Positions 30,462 to 41,089 of a stretch of 64,000 nt of DNA are shown piece by piece. A program made the position numbers and the translations under genes. The DNA lies in NCBI GenBank assembly GCA_965224195.1, contig OZ245040.1, forward strand, positions 1,408,001 through 1,472,000. Direction: 5' to 3'. The notes below the pieces were generated by a model. That model was not told where the DNA came from. It saw nothing but the letters and a program-made list of their open reading frames with translations, and ran no database searches. Source of the DNA: Nitrosopumilus sp. Its GTDB lineage: Archaea; Thermoproteota; Nitrososphaeria; Nitrososphaerales; Nitrosopumilaceae. The first letter of the stretch is position 1. Each line of letters opens with the position of its first letter.

Positions 30462-31619
30462 TTAGAAAAAATCAGATAGGACTTTTTGCCTGATCAGCCC
30501 TAGAATATTACCATGTGCAAGCCATTCAGATTTACTAATACTCATTTTTTGAGATGCTAATGACAAAGCATGGCCGAAATCATCAGCAGCTGTAGGCATT
30601 TTTTTCATAGCCTCACGAATTCCTTCACGAACTTGCCATACGCCTACAGGAATTGCATATTCTGGTCTAATCTCTCGTAAAATGACTACGCCCGCCTGAA
30701 TTTTCATTTTAGCCAAATATTCCAAAACCCCTAATTTTGCTGCAAAATATGCCCCAGCTATTGCAGGAGAATGATCAATTCCACGTGCATCCTCATAATC
30801 AGAACCAAAGCCCATTGCCCCATTAGAATACCATGCTTCAATCATTTCATAGATCCACCTATGTGGAAAAAGAACTACAGTGAAAATATTCCCTAAATGT
30901 TCGTGTGAAAAAACTCTACACGAATCAATTAGACTAAAATCTAAAACTTTATCAGCTAATGATTTACAAATAATATCATCAGTTGCAGTGATACTCCATT
31001 TTGTAGGAACTAGTTTTCTTTTTTGACCCAACATCCCAATGCTAAAACATTTTTGAATTTTTGAAATTTCAATTCCAGAATTGTACAAATTTAAAACGGC
31101 ATCTTGTGCTTTCAAATCTTTATCATAGTATGTTTTTTCAATGGATTTCACAGAGGTTGTTCCGGAAAATTTTGCAGATTTTATTTCCCCAATGGGTCCA
31201 AATGGAGCACTTTCATCGTCTAAAGAAATATTGGATGTTGTAGATTTTTTAAACATCAAGTCAGAATCAATGGGTTTGGAGGACATTGTTAATTCCTGAA
31301 GGCTTTCAATATAACGTCCATCTGTTTGGTCAATTCCAACTTTTTGAATTCCTCTAACCAAGTTTAATCTAAAATTTACTATGTCCTCTAATGATTTTCC
31401 TCTCCACTGTTCGGGACTATCAAGTAGGGCAGTGTCGCCATGGATTGGAGGAACCATTGGACCCACAAAGACTTTGGGATAATTATGAGATCCAACAAAA
31501 ACTGATGGAGGGCTGCTGCCACTAACAAAGTCAGATGAAAATAGGTTTCCATGTTTTGAAAGAGTCTCATGCCATTTTGCTAAAATTGAACGTCTAATTT
31601 CCTGAGAGTCAGAAGACAC
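30462..31619 (-). CDS. nreA: Nre family DNA repair protein
   Basis: GSSPPSVFVG, KLVPTKWSITATDD, PVGVWQVRE, C-terminal PIP box QKVLSDFF. Confidence 0.9.
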   Translation of the reverse strand: MSSDSQEIRRSILAKWHETLSKHGNLFSSDFVSGSSPPSVFVGSHNYPKVFVGPMVPPIHGDTALLDSPEQWRGKSLEDIVNFRLNLVRGIQKVGIDQTDGRYIESLQELTMSSKPIDSDLMFKKSTTSNISLDDESAPFGPIGEIKSAKFSGTTSVKSIEKTYYDKDLKAQDAVLNLYNSGIEISKIQKCFSIGMLGQKRKLVPTKWSITATDDIICKSLADKVLDFSLIDSCRVFSHEHLGNIFTVVLFPHRWIYEMIEAWYSNGAMGFGSDYEDARGIDHSPAIAGAYFAAKLGVLEYLAKMKIQAGVVILREIRPEYAIPVGVWQVREGIREAMKKMPTAADDFGHALSLASQKMSISKSEWLAHGNILGLIRQKVLSDFF

Positions 31620-31719
31620 GCATAATCATGCCTAAAATATGGCTATTAACCTGCCTAATTACTAAAATTGCTGGCTTGTCAACGGATAATGTTTAAGGGA
31701 TTGTTTCTCATCAAAAAAC

Positions 31720-32649
31720 ATGACAGTCAAGAGAATTGTCTCATTTTTACCAAGTGCTACTGAATTATTATATGAATTTGGTGTACAAGACGATCTATAC
31801 GGTGTAACTCATGAATGTAAATATCCAAAAAATGCAACATTAAAGCCAATCGTAATTAATTCGGTAATAAATTCAGATGAGTTATCCAGTAAAGAAATTG
31901 ATGCAGCAACTTGTCAATTACTAAAGGATGGAAAAGATATTTTTGCATTAAACGAAGGGAATCTAAAAAAAGCAAACCCTGATCTGATCATGTCACAAGA
32001 AACATGTAAAGCATGTGCAGCATATACTAATCAAGTTAACAAGGCAATCCAAATTCTGCAAAAGAAACCAATGTTATTTTCAATGGATCCTCACAACATG
32101 GATGAGATTGTGAATTCAGTTGTAGAACTGGGTAAAATAATTGACAAAAAAGAAAAATCTAAAGAAATTGCAGATTCGCTATCAAAAAGAATTGAAAATA
32201 TTAAAAAAAATCATAACAGCAAAAAGATCAAGGTTCTTGCAATAGAATGGATTGAGCCATTTTTTACTGCAGGTCATTGGGTTCCAGAAATGATAGAAAT
32301 TGCAGGAGGAGTTAACATGATCAGTAAAACAGGGGAACACTCTAGAAGATTAGATATGGATGAAATTGTCAAGGCAAATCCAGATATCATCGTCTTGATG
32401 CCTTGTGGTTTTGACACACAGAGAACTATCAAAGAGTATGAAAAATTTCTAAAAAACAAAGAACGGTGGAAAAATCTTGAAGCAGTCAAAAAGAATCAAA
32501 TTTTTGCAGTAGATGCAAATTCATTTTTTAGTAAACCCAGTATACGTACCATAGAAGGTATCGAAATCATGGCAAAAATCATACAGCCAGACAAATTCAA
32601 AAATCTCAGGGTTTCAGATGGGTCATTTGCACATATTGAAAATGACTAG
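31720..32649 (+). CDS. Cobalamin/Fe-siderophore-type substrate-binding protein (BtuF-like)
   Basis: RIVSFLPSATE, GVTHEC, AGHWVPEMIEIAGG. Confidence 0.85.
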   Translation: MTVKRIVSFLPSATELLYEFGVQDDLYGVTHECKYPKNATLKPIVINSVINSDELSSKEIDAATCQLLKDGKDIFALNEGNLKKANPDLIMSQETCKACAAYTNQVNKAIQILQKKPMLFSMDPHNMDEIVNSVVELGKIIDKKEKSKEIADSLSKRIENIKKNHNSKKIKVLAIEWIEPFFTAGHWVPEMIEIAGGVNMISKTGEHSRRLDMDEIVKANPDIIVLMPCGFDTQRTIKEYEKFLKNKERWKNLEAVKKNQIFAVDANSFFSKPSIRTIEGIEIMAKIIQPDKFKNLRVSDGSFAHIEND

Positions 32650-32821
32650 GCTTAGGCTCAACTAAGTGAGTGTCGCATAGTATAACATACTAGTGGTTAT
32701 GTCCAGTTTTAGGAATCAGCATAATGACAAGAACATTTGCCGGAGACCCAAAAATAGACGGCTTGTTAAAAATGACAAACAATGTTTTGGTTAAACTAGG
32801 AAAAGAAATTAGATAAATTAA

Positions 32822-34033
32822 TTATTTTTTAGCAGCACTAACAAGGGATACAACGTCTCTATCCCTTAATTGATAATCAGTAGGCAATCTCAAATTATAT
32901 CTCAAATCCTTTCCATAAAGAAGACCTTTTGTTAAATCAGAATGAATCTCTTTTGCAAGATCATTAATAGTTGCACCATCTTTTAACAAGATCAAATCAG
33001 GTAACACCCTACCTTTCTTATCAGCAAGATTTTTTCCATCAGCTACTGGATAAATGGAATTCATTTTGAGCAGTTTGAAAACAGCTACATTAATTGCAAA
33101 CTGTACACCGGTGCGCATGTATTCGCCCATAATTCCCTTTTTAATAAAATTTAAGGCATTGATTTGTTTTTCATTGAGGTCATCAGATTTTATAATTTCA
33201 AATGTTTCAGACCCAGGGGAATATTTGATTAATCCTTTTTGTTCTGCACGCCTTAAAACAAACTCACTGTCACCACTGACTGGAATTACTATAGAATCAT
33301 TATATCGCTCCCTTAATCGAGCAAAATTTTTGTCAGCACCTTCAACATCAACTTTATTTGCAACAATCAATGTAGGTTTTGATATTTTACGTAGATGCGA
33401 TGCAAATTTTTTACTATCAGCCATATCAAAGCCATCAAAATCTTTTTCTTCAAGGTTAGTTGCACGAAATGTTTCTTTAACATGGATTTTAGTAACGCCG
33501 ATTCCACGATAAAGATCGGTAATGGCATCCGATACATCAGTGCCATCTTTAATTAATTTGGAAACTTTGTCCCGATTGCCTTCTAGGATTTTATGATACC
33601 ACATGATTAGCTCCTCCTCTATATCTGCAAAATCAGATATTGGATCCCCAGTTCCAACTTCAGTAATTTTTCCAGTAGAATCAATTCCTCCAGACGCATC
33701 AACTACATGTAATAGCACATCAGATTGTGCAGCTATTGACAAAAACTGATTCCCAAGACCCTTACCTTTCCAGGCATCTTTAATGAGGCCAGGTAAATCG
33801 ATTAGCTCAATTGGAATGTATCTCCAGCCATCAAGACATTTGGAATTATTTGGATTGTCTTGAATTTCAAATTCAGGATGTACACATAGAGTAACTGCAT
33901 GCGCAACTCCAGACACAGGAGATTTGGTGGTAAAAGGGTATGATGAAATTTCTTCAGAAGATAGTGTAGCGGAATTGAAAAAAGTGGTCTTTCCAGTATT
34001 GGTTTTTCCAATTAATCCTATCTTGATTGGCAT
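32822..34033 (-). CDS. ychF: YchF/Obg-family translation-associated GTPase/ATPase
   Basis: GKTNTGKT, YPFTT, DLPG, GLGNQFL, NKVD, C-terminal TGS domain. Confidence 0.9.
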   Translation of the reverse strand: MPIKIGLIGKTNTGKTTFFNSATLSSEEISSYPFTTKSPVSGVAHAVTLCVHPEFEIQDNPNNSKCLDGWRYIPIELIDLPGLIKDAWKGKGLGNQFLSIAAQSDVLLHVVDASGGIDSTGKITEVGTGDPISDFADIEEELIMWYHKILEGNRDKVSKLIKDGTDVSDAITDLYRGIGVTKIHVKETFRATNLEEKDFDGFDMADSKKFASHLRKISKPTLIVANKVDVEGADKNFARLRERYNDSIVIPVSGDSEFVLRRAEQKGLIKYSPGSETFEIIKSDDLNEKQINALNFIKKGIMGEYMRTGVQFAINVAVFKLLKMNSIYPVADGKNLADKKGRVLPDLILLKDGATINDLAKEIHSDLTKGLLYGKDLRYNLRLPTDYQLRDRDVVSLVSAAKK

Positions 34034-34067
34034 GTAATAATGAACAATTAAGAATATTTATCTCTGC

Positions 34068-34427
34068 CTAGGAATTGTGAGATTTTTTTATTTTTTCTAA
34101 AGTTTGATTAAGTTCTTTTATCGCCCATTCAATATCTGAAAAATCTTCTTCAGAAAGAGATTCTTTCCACTTTTCTAAAACACTATTTGTAATTTCAGAA
34201 CAATTGTAAATCAAATTCCAGTATGGATGATGTTCAGCAGTTGTGTATGCCAGTTCAGTCACATCATTAAGTCCATTTTGTGCTCTAGCCAAAAAGGTGA
34301 TTTTTTCTCCAAATATTTTCACAATATCATTATCAAAATCTTTTTCAATTTTTAACGGAATGTTTTGATTTTCATATTTTTTAACAAGTTCTAATAAATC
34401 ATGATAAAAATTTTCAAAATCAGTCAC
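34068..34427 (-). CDS. Conserved hypothetical protein
   Basis: 119-aa ORF with host-like composition, coupled to the upstream gene. Confidence 0.75.
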   Translation of the reverse strand: MTDFENFYHDLLELVKKYENQNIPLKIEKDFDNDIVKIFGEKITFLARAQNGLNDVTELAYTTAEHHPYWNLIYNCSEITNSVLEKWKESLSEEDFSDIEWAIKELNQTLEKIKKSHNS

Positions 34428-34837
34428 TGTGACAATCTCCGATGTTCTGCCAGCATGCAGCGATTAAAAATCACTTTGATTCCAGCTTGTGTTGCCAATT
34501 CTTCAGCTTCAGGATTATGAATTCCTTCTTGAAGCCAAATCACTTTAGGTTTTTTCCTTATAGCCTCTTGAATAACTGGCAAGACTTGGTCAGACGGCCT
34601 AAAAACATCAATGATGTCAATTTCTTCACTGACTTCAGAAATTGAACTGTAACATTTTTTTCCCAAGATTTCATCAGTTGTGGGATTTACAGGAGTGATA
34701 TCATATCCATTGTCAAATAGATATTTCGGCACATAATGCGCCGCTTTTGAAGAATTTTTAGACATGCCTACTACAGCTACCTTGGTTAATGAAAGAATCT
34801 CACGAATTTGTTGATCGGAAAAAGAATCTCGTTCCAT
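34424..34837 (-). CDS. CoA-binding protein
   Basis: VAVVGMS, PVNP, DVFRP, IWLQEG, NRC. Confidence 0.9.
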   Translation of the reverse strand: MERDSFSDQQIREILSLTKVAVVGMSKNSSKAAHYVPKYLFDNGYDITPVNPTTDEILGKKCYSSISEVSEEIDIIDVFRPSDQVLPVIQEAIRKKPKVIWLQEGIHNPEAEELATQAGIKVIFNRCMLAEHRRLSQ

Positions 34838-34922
34838 GATTGAGATTATTTCAGGACAAATATAATTTTTGAATCCTAAAAAAAGGCAAAGAATTTTTTA
34901 GAAGTCAAGCAACAGAAACAAT

Positions 34923-35429
34923 ATGGATGAAGAACCAAAAGATCTCATTGTATTGGGTGCAATAAAACACGGAGTAAAGAAATTTGATAAAATTCAAAAA
35001 ATGACAAAAATCGAACCTGATGAATTAAATTTAATCTTAGAACAATTAGAAAAACGAGGATTTATTCTTGCTGAAGAAAAAAAAGGATTATTTGGAATGA
35101 AAGTAGAAATCACTGTTACCGACAAGGGATCTAATGAGACAGATGAAAGGGTTCACGAATTGCAAAAAAAATGGAATCAAATGTCATTATTATACAAAAC
35201 AGGAGACAAAGACAGATTAAAACAAGAAATGGAAGATAGCAAATCAATCATCCCCTCAATGATGTTTTTTGGGATTATGGATATGATGATGTTTTCAATG
35301 ATGTTTAGTATGATGGGGATGGCAATGACAGATTATGTGGCTCCAGAAAACATACCAGACACAGGAGACAGCAGCATGGATGATGGAGGTATGGATGACG
35401 GTGGCTTTGACTTTGACGTCGGATTCTAG
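34923..35429 (+). CDS. Winged-HTH protein with Met-rich/acidic C-terminus
   Basis: LEQLEKRGFI...ITDKG winged-helix signature. Confidence 0.75.
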   Translation: MDEEPKDLIVLGAIKHGVKKFDKIQKMTKIEPDELNLILEQLEKRGFILAEEKKGLFGMKVEITVTDKGSNETDERVHELQKKWNQMSLLYKTGDKDRLKQEMEDSKSIIPSMMFFGIMDMMMFSMMFSMMGMAMTDYVAPENIPDTGDSSMDDGGMDDGGFDFDVGF

Positions 35430-35465
35430 TGTGTGTTTTATACTCGATATAAAAATAACACATAG

Positions 35466-36473
35466 TTGATTTACAATTCATTTGATAATCCAGGATTAGT
35501 CAAAGTACTAACATTTTTGCAAACTCATAATACAGAATATCTGTCAGGTCAAGATTTGAGTGATGTATTAAGAATTAGCAGAGTGGCAGTTTGGAAACAC
35601 ATTAAAAAAATTCAAGAATTAGGATATAATGTAGAATCAAAACAAAAGCTAGGATACAAATTAATTTCAAATTCAGAATTATTACTTCCTTGGGAAATTA
35701 CTTCAAATTTAAAAACAAAAATCATGGGAAAACAAGCATATTATTTTGATTCAATTGATTCAACTCAGAATCAGGCATTAAAAATGGCCCAGGATGTTAC
35801 AAATGACGGGACAGTAATAGTTGCATCAGAACAGACCGGAGGAAAAGGAAGAGACGGGAGAAAATGGATGTCACCAAAAGGAGGAATATGGATTTCAATA
35901 ATATTACATCCAAAATTTGATATTTCAATAACAACATTATTTCCAATTGCATCATCACTTGCATTATCATTAGCAATTGAAAAAATATTTTCAATTAAAC
36001 CAGAATTAAAATGGCCCAATGACTTGACAATAAACGGCAAAAAAGTGGCAGGGATGTTGGTGGACGTATCACTAGAATCAAACAAAATTGAAAATTTAGT
36101 TTTAGGCGTTGGAATAAATTTTGATGTAAATACAAAACAGATTGAAAAGTCACTAAAGGGAACACCTAATTTTTATGGCGTATCATCTCTCAGTGACCAA
36201 AAAAAAAATGTCAGACCAATTCAATTAGTCCAGACATTTTTGTTAGAATTAGAAAAAATTTACAAGGCTCTAAATGAAAGACAAATTAAAAAAATAATTT
36301 CAGAATGGACATCAAGATCATCAACAATAGGAAAAAATGTAGAATTGAACACAGTTGATTCTAAAATTAAGGGAAAGGCGATAAAAATTGACGATGATGG
36401 TTCTCTTATAGTCTCAGAGAACAATAAAATTCACAAAGTGATTGCAGGGGACATAATTCATTTATCAAAATAA
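35466..36473 (+). CDS. birA: Bifunctional biotin--protein ligase/repressor
   Basis: HTH SRVAVWKHI, DSTQ, QTGGKGR, KWPND, KKVAG. Confidence 0.95.
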   Translation: MIYNSFDNPGLVKVLTFLQTHNTEYLSGQDLSDVLRISRVAVWKHIKKIQELGYNVESKQKLGYKLISNSELLLPWEITSNLKTKIMGKQAYYFDSIDSTQNQALKMAQDVTNDGTVIVASEQTGGKGRDGRKWMSPKGGIWISIILHPKFDISITTLFPIASSLALSLAIEKIFSIKPELKWPNDLTINGKKVAGMLVDVSLESNKIENLVLGVGINFDVNTKQIEKSLKGTPNFYGVSSLSDQKKNVRPIQLVQTFLLELEKIYKALNERQIKKIISEWTSRSSTIGKNVELNTVDSKIKGKAIKIDDDGSLIVSENNKIHKVIAGDIIHLSK

Positions 36474-36475
36474 TA

Positions 36476-36702
36476 TTATTTTTTCTTTGATTTTGATTTT
36501 TTTGAAGAATTCGGAATTAGTCTATATTGTTCTTTTAGAATTTCCTTAAGATCTTTTTGTATATCAAAAACAGTTGAGAGCAATTCTTCTAGGGTTTTAG
36601 AATATTTACCATATGCATCTATCAGTTCGGTTTTCTTTTCATCAGATTTTGAAAGATATTCATTTGAACGTAACAAATTTGCAGATTCAATCATTTCAGG
36701 AA
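36476..36702 (-). pseudogene. 3' half of a small coiled-coil gene split by the CRISPR island
   Basis: Joins in frame to 58812-58920 across the TTTCAGGAA duplication (...KNIPE|MIESANLLRSNEY...). Confidence 0.8.
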
Positions 36703-36771
36703 AGGATGCTTGACGACTGAAACATCACAAATACCGTGATATGACCATGATATTAACAATCTTCATTTTCT

Positions 36772-36853
36772 CAGTCATAAGCTACAGTCATAAGCTAATT
36801 AACGAAATATCACAACCCAGTCATAAGCTAAATCACGGCTCAGTCATAAGCTA
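36772..36853. repeat. Four exact 13-bp direct repeats CAGTCATAAGCTA
   Basis: Copies start at 36772, 36785, 36818 and 36841. Confidence 0.9.
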
Positions 36854-37465
36854 AACTATTTCATTATTTTTGTGTGATGATTTTTTTTGAGAATTTTCAT
36901 TAAGCGTATATTCATGCTCATTTTATGCTATTATCTTACACTGATTACATAGGTGTTTGACTGGATATTGTCATGCAGTGAATGATCATCTTCATTCTTC
37001 ATTTCTAATTACTCAAAATTGCATTAAAGTTTGTATACTTGATTGATTAATGTATATTGTCATACCCCATTCATTGCATCCATCTCAGATGGATTTGAAT
37101 TGTTTGACAAACGTCGACCTGATTGTAGAGTTGATCATTCTACAATCGCTTAATTTAGTAAGAAATATCGTGTCATCCCCAGATGATCATTTCCTGATAG
37201 CTGACAATTATGTTTCTGTGTGGAAGTGGGAATAGTCTTCATTTTCTTATATCACAAACTTTTTTTAAATATTATAATTTCAGTTACAATCAAAATAATT
37301 CCAATAATATAAAATACTATTCTTTGTATAATTCCATCCAATACCCATTCAAAGAATTGGTTTGTGGTAATTGGGGAATCTGGTTGAAACATAACAAACC
37401 TTGCAATTACAAGCAACATTAAAAAATTATAGAAAAATAATACTCCAATGGTTACAAACGCAGTT

Positions 37466-38115
37466 TCAAAAAAAATAACGGTATTGATTTATTGTGCCTC
37501 TTAATGTCGTCTTGTATTTGATTGCAATCCAGATCATGATCAAAGTTGGAAGTGCTATTAATGATAAAAAATAATTCAGATGGATTTTAAGATTATTAAA
37601 CATTAGAGGCTGCTGTTCCATTCCTTCGGCAGTACTAGTCCATTCACCGATACTGTATCTAGTATCCCATGAGTGAGAGAAATAGTTTGTCTGAGATACC
37701 AAAATCATCGTAAATAATACTGAATATGCAGATACAAGCGTTATTGTAGAAATTATCAGAGGTTTATTCCCCGTTGAGTTTGTAATCTTTTTTTGGATCA
37801 TAAAAGCTGCAAATCCTGCCACCACCCCAACAATAATCCCAGCCATTAGTCCCAGAACTTGAATAAATGGAATTACTAAAGATGCAACCTGTAATTACAC
37901 TCAATAACATCCCTGATGCTTTGATGCTTTTAGATGCCCATGAAAACAAGAACCAAGACATTAGAGAAAAAAATAAGAGTCAAGGTCATAACTATACTAG
38001 CACTAACTGAGAACCCATCTACCATAACTCTACCGCTTATATGAAATTGCAATACCTGAATCAAAGGTAGGATCACAAGAAACGCTGAAATTATCATCAA
38101 AAGTCTAGTTTTCAT
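37466..38115 (-). pseudogene. Frameshifted multi-TM membrane protein (MKTRLL... N-terminus)
   Basis: Three overlapping hydrophobic ORF fragments (37930-38115, 37764-37961, 37466-37846). Confidence 0.6.
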
Positions 38116-38124
38116 TTTCTTATT

Positions 38125-38301
38125 TTATTGAAAATAGTCTGTTCCACATTTAGGGCATTTTGACAAGTTTTTAGGATAGCGATGTTTGCAGTTAAAACAC
38201 ATCTAATTCATATTTTGGCCACGTGATTCTGAATCCTTTTTCCATAGAAAATAGACTATAACTGCAATTACTGCAACGCCTAGAATTATTGGTCATACCA
38301 T
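38125..38301 (-). pseudogene. Small TM + zinc-ribbon protein with two internal stops
   Basis: MV*PIILGVAVIAVIVYFLWKKDSESRGQNMN*MCFNCKHRYPKNLSKCPKCGTDYFQ. Confidence 0.6.
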
Positions 38302-38332
38302 AAAACTACACAATACTTTGATCATAAATCTT

Positions 38333-38354
38333 TTATTATCAAGAATGATAACAA
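38333..38354. promoter_or_regulatory. Palindromic operator candidate upstream of cas8b
   Basis: TTATTATCA-agaa-TGATAACAA. The same motif appears at the reconstructed cas8/cas11 intergenic site. Confidence 0.6.
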
Positions 38355-38543
38355 TATTCAAAAAGGAATACCTACACTTTATGCATCAATTTATGAGTCC
38401 ATTTAAAAGTCAACTGAGAATTCTATTTAGTGCTACATTTATCAAAGATTGCCATTGTTCAACATAAAAAGGAATTTATAAAATAAAATATTAGAACATG
38501 CGAAAACAATTAAAATGATCATGTCCTAGATTAGTTGTTTTAG

Positions 38544-39893
38544 ATGCTAGCATATGAACTATTTCATAATAATAAGAATTCTCCTACAAATGATCAAAAA
38601 AGTCAATTTCCGATCAAGAAAATATTCTATAAACACAACAAAATCACAATTGATGAAAAAAAACTAGATGGTTATGGCTCAAAAACTACAAAAAAAACAA
38701 AACAATTACAAGAATGGCTACAAATGCCTTTGAATACCATTGATGTTCAAAAACTCAATTTACCTGATTTTAGAACAGGTAGTGCTGCAGTAAATCCATA
38801 CATTGAGGTTTATGGTTATTTGAAAACAACTAAACTTACCCTCTCAATTGGAAAAAAATCCAACAAAATTATTCATACTTTAGATTTTACCAATAATGAT
38901 AAAATTTCTTCTGATCCAAAGGAAAAAATCACATTAAAGTTAGATAAAAAAAATTATTTTTTAAACTCTAACACATTATTCTCAGAATATGTTTCCTCTG
39001 GAATTATAGATGATAATGGTTCTTTAAATGTCAAAGTGTATGATAAAATAATCCGAAAATTTCTAGAATCTGCAAAAAAACAGAAACCAGAGACTATTAA
39101 CAGATTTAATAGTGTATCATTCCGAATTTACATTTTACCTGATAACTCCACAATAGAATATCAAAAACAAACAAAAAAAGAAAATTCGGAGCAAACTACT
39201 TTTACTGATTATTTTGGAAATACTGTTTCAGAATATGCATCAACTCCCACAAAGAACACAAAATTCTTGACTTATGATGATCCTGCATTTTCCATAAACT
39301 GTATGAAAGAGAAGAATTTTTACAAAAATTTGGGCATTGGTGACAGCAGTTTAACAAAAGTATTTACTAATAAAACTAAAACATTTAAGATTTCTAATTT
39401 AGATTGGACTTTTTTTGATCTTGAAAATCCTGATTTCGAATTTAAGGAAACTGGAAAAGGCATATTGACACAGCTTTATGAAAACTATCGTAAGCTTTCA
39501 AAAGATAAAGGACCTACATCTCAATCACAACTAAAGGTAATTTGTATCAGAGAGAAATACGCAAAACAAGAGTTGTTAATTGACGAGAATTTGACAATGG
39601 ATAAAATGAAAAATATGTTTTCAAAATTCGAAGATATTCCTCCATCATGCTTAGAAGATGTGTTAATTGATAAATCTAACGAAAATCCTATTTGGAATAC
39701 GTATCTTTATGTTGTAAAGAACTTCCTTGCAGCAAATAAAATACCAAAAAATTACTTATTATCACATTTTAACAAGATACTAAAACAAAAAAGATATGAT
39801 TGGATAAAACTTGGAGATAAATCTGAACAAGAGAATTTTTTTCTAAAATCTGATTTTTGTTTAAAACATTTGTCTATATCAAATAACGCTTAA
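38544..39893 (+). CDS. cas8b: Type I-B large subunit Cas8b-like, lacking the Cas11 C-terminal part
   Basis: 449 aa, first gene of the cas cluster. FLTYDDPAF...FYKNLGIG resembles the F.T.DKPGF...WKN motif of TM1802/Csh1-type Cas8b. Confidence 0.65.
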   Translation: MLAYELFHNNKNSPTNDQKSQFPIKKIFYKHNKITIDEKKLDGYGSKTTKKTKQLQEWLQMPLNTIDVQKLNLPDFRTGSAAVNPYIEVYGYLKTTKLTLSIGKKSNKIIHTLDFTNNDKISSDPKEKITLKLDKKNYFLNSNTLFSEYVSSGIIDDNGSLNVKVYDKIIRKFLESAKKQKPETINRFNSVSFRIYILPDNSTIEYQKQTKKENSEQTTFTDYFGNTVSEYASTPTKNTKFLTYDDPAFSINCMKEKNFYKNLGIGDSSLTKVFTNKTKTFKISNLDWTFFDLENPDFEFKETGKGILTQLYENYRKLSKDKGPTSQSQLKVICIREKYAKQELLIDENLTMDKMKNMFSKFEDIPPSCLEDVLIDKSNENPIWNTYLYVVKNFLAANKIPKNYLLSHFNKILKQKRYDWIKLGDKSEQENFFLKSDFCLKHLSISNNA

Positions 39894-39964
39894 TTTTTAA
39901 TTGTTATCAATCATGATAAGGTTCTGTGTAATCGTCGAGGGATAACATAAAATACGGATCTTCT

Positions 39965-41089
39965 TTAAATTGAATTTTCCTTATGTAAACTAGCATTTTG
40001 AATAATGGTTTTCCATTTGTTTTTACCATCTATTTCTACCATTGATGCTTCTGCTGGTGTTCTGCCTTGTAATGCTTCATGCTTTTTTGTGAAATTATAG
40101 TACACTTTCATTCCCTCACTAAGTGGTGTATCCATTCTTTTTAATCCTCTGAATACCTTTTCTCTGTCTCTAATCGTGCCATTGATTCGTTCCATCTTAT
40201 TATTATTATCACAGTCTCTTTTACCTGCAATGTGAATGTGTCTAACGTGGTTTGTGTCCTTTCCAAATACTTTCTTGCTTGATTTCATGTAGGCTTGTAA
40301 ACCGTCAGTAATGAAATTTCTTGGAGATTTCCCAGCTTGTCTTTTGGTTAACTCAAGTAAATTATCAGTATTATGATGAAACTTGTTGTCTGCCATGTCA
40401 CTAGCCAACCAATAGCGTGTATCATCATCCATACTTGCAAATAGGCAACATTGTTTCCCATCTACTTTAACCCATACTTCGTCAGCCCTAAACCAGTTCC
40501 CAACTCTTGGAACTATGCCATTAAGATAAACAGAAGTCATTTTAGAATATTGAGTTATCCAGTTGTAAATGGTCTTAAACGATACATCAACACCTAACAT
40601 CTCATAATGATCTGCAATCTTTCTTACGGACATTCCTGAATAATACATCTGTAATGCTCCAGTTATGGTATTCTCATTTGATTGTTTTTTCTCAAATCCA
40701 AAGTTTGAACTGAATTTCTTCCTGCAGTCCAAACACTCAAAGATTCTAACCTTACCTGACTTGTTCTTTCTGAATCTATCTTTTCTTATTCTACCTGAAT
40801 CGCAATACTTGCACAAAGATAGCTTACTTCTTTCCATAATTCGAAATATATTGTTTCTATAACACTTGTTTTTCTTGATTATCTCTAAGACTATTTTGAT
40901 GTGTTTGCAATCAGATTTTCTACAATTATGATCCTTGCATTGACATTTTAATCCATTTTCAGTTTTTGATACAATGTATCTGTTTTCTGGGGTTGATTGT
41001 GATCTAACGGAAAAACTGTTTTGGTCAATCTGTGAGCAGTAACCTACAATTTTCATCATGGATTGAGCTTTTTGTTTTCTTTGATTCAT
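39965..41089 (-). CDS. IS6-family transposase (SWIM + Zn-ribbon + DDE), apparently intact
   Basis: CQCKDH..CKHI, CKYC..CLDC, FRADEVW, ITDG, NNKMERINGTIRDR; GAGGTG RBS upstream. Confidence 0.92.
   Translation of the reverse strand: MNQRKQKAQSMMKIVGYCSQIDQNSFSVRSQSTPENRYIVSKTENGLKCQCKDHNCRKSDCKHIKIVLEIIKKNKCYRNNIFRIMERSKLSLCKYCDSGRIRKDRFRKNKSGKVRIFECLDCRKKFSSNFGFEKKQSNENTITGALQMYYSGMSVRKIADHYEMLGVDVSFKTIYNWITQYSKMTSVYLNGIVPRVGNWFRADEVWVKVDGKQCCLFASMDDDTRYWLASDMADNKFHHNTDNLLELTKRQAGKSPRNFITDGLQAYMKSSKKVFGKDTNHVRHIHIAGKRDCDNNNKMERINGTIRDREKVFRGLKRMDTPLSEGMKVYYNFTKKHEALQGRTPAEASMVEIDGKNKWKTIIQNASLHKENSI

Noticed and set aside
21907-36473. tRNA/rRNA genes or unusual systems in the housekeeping block
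   Set aside because: None recognised; ordinary core genes. The overlapping antisense ORFs are shadows.
38156-38164. GTCAAAATG on the minus strand, matching the first 9 nt of the CRISPR repeat (possible CreA/mini-array)
   Set aside because: Only 9 nt, inside the Zn-ribbon pseudogene coding sequence, with no second repeat or ATTGAAAC handle at spacer distance.
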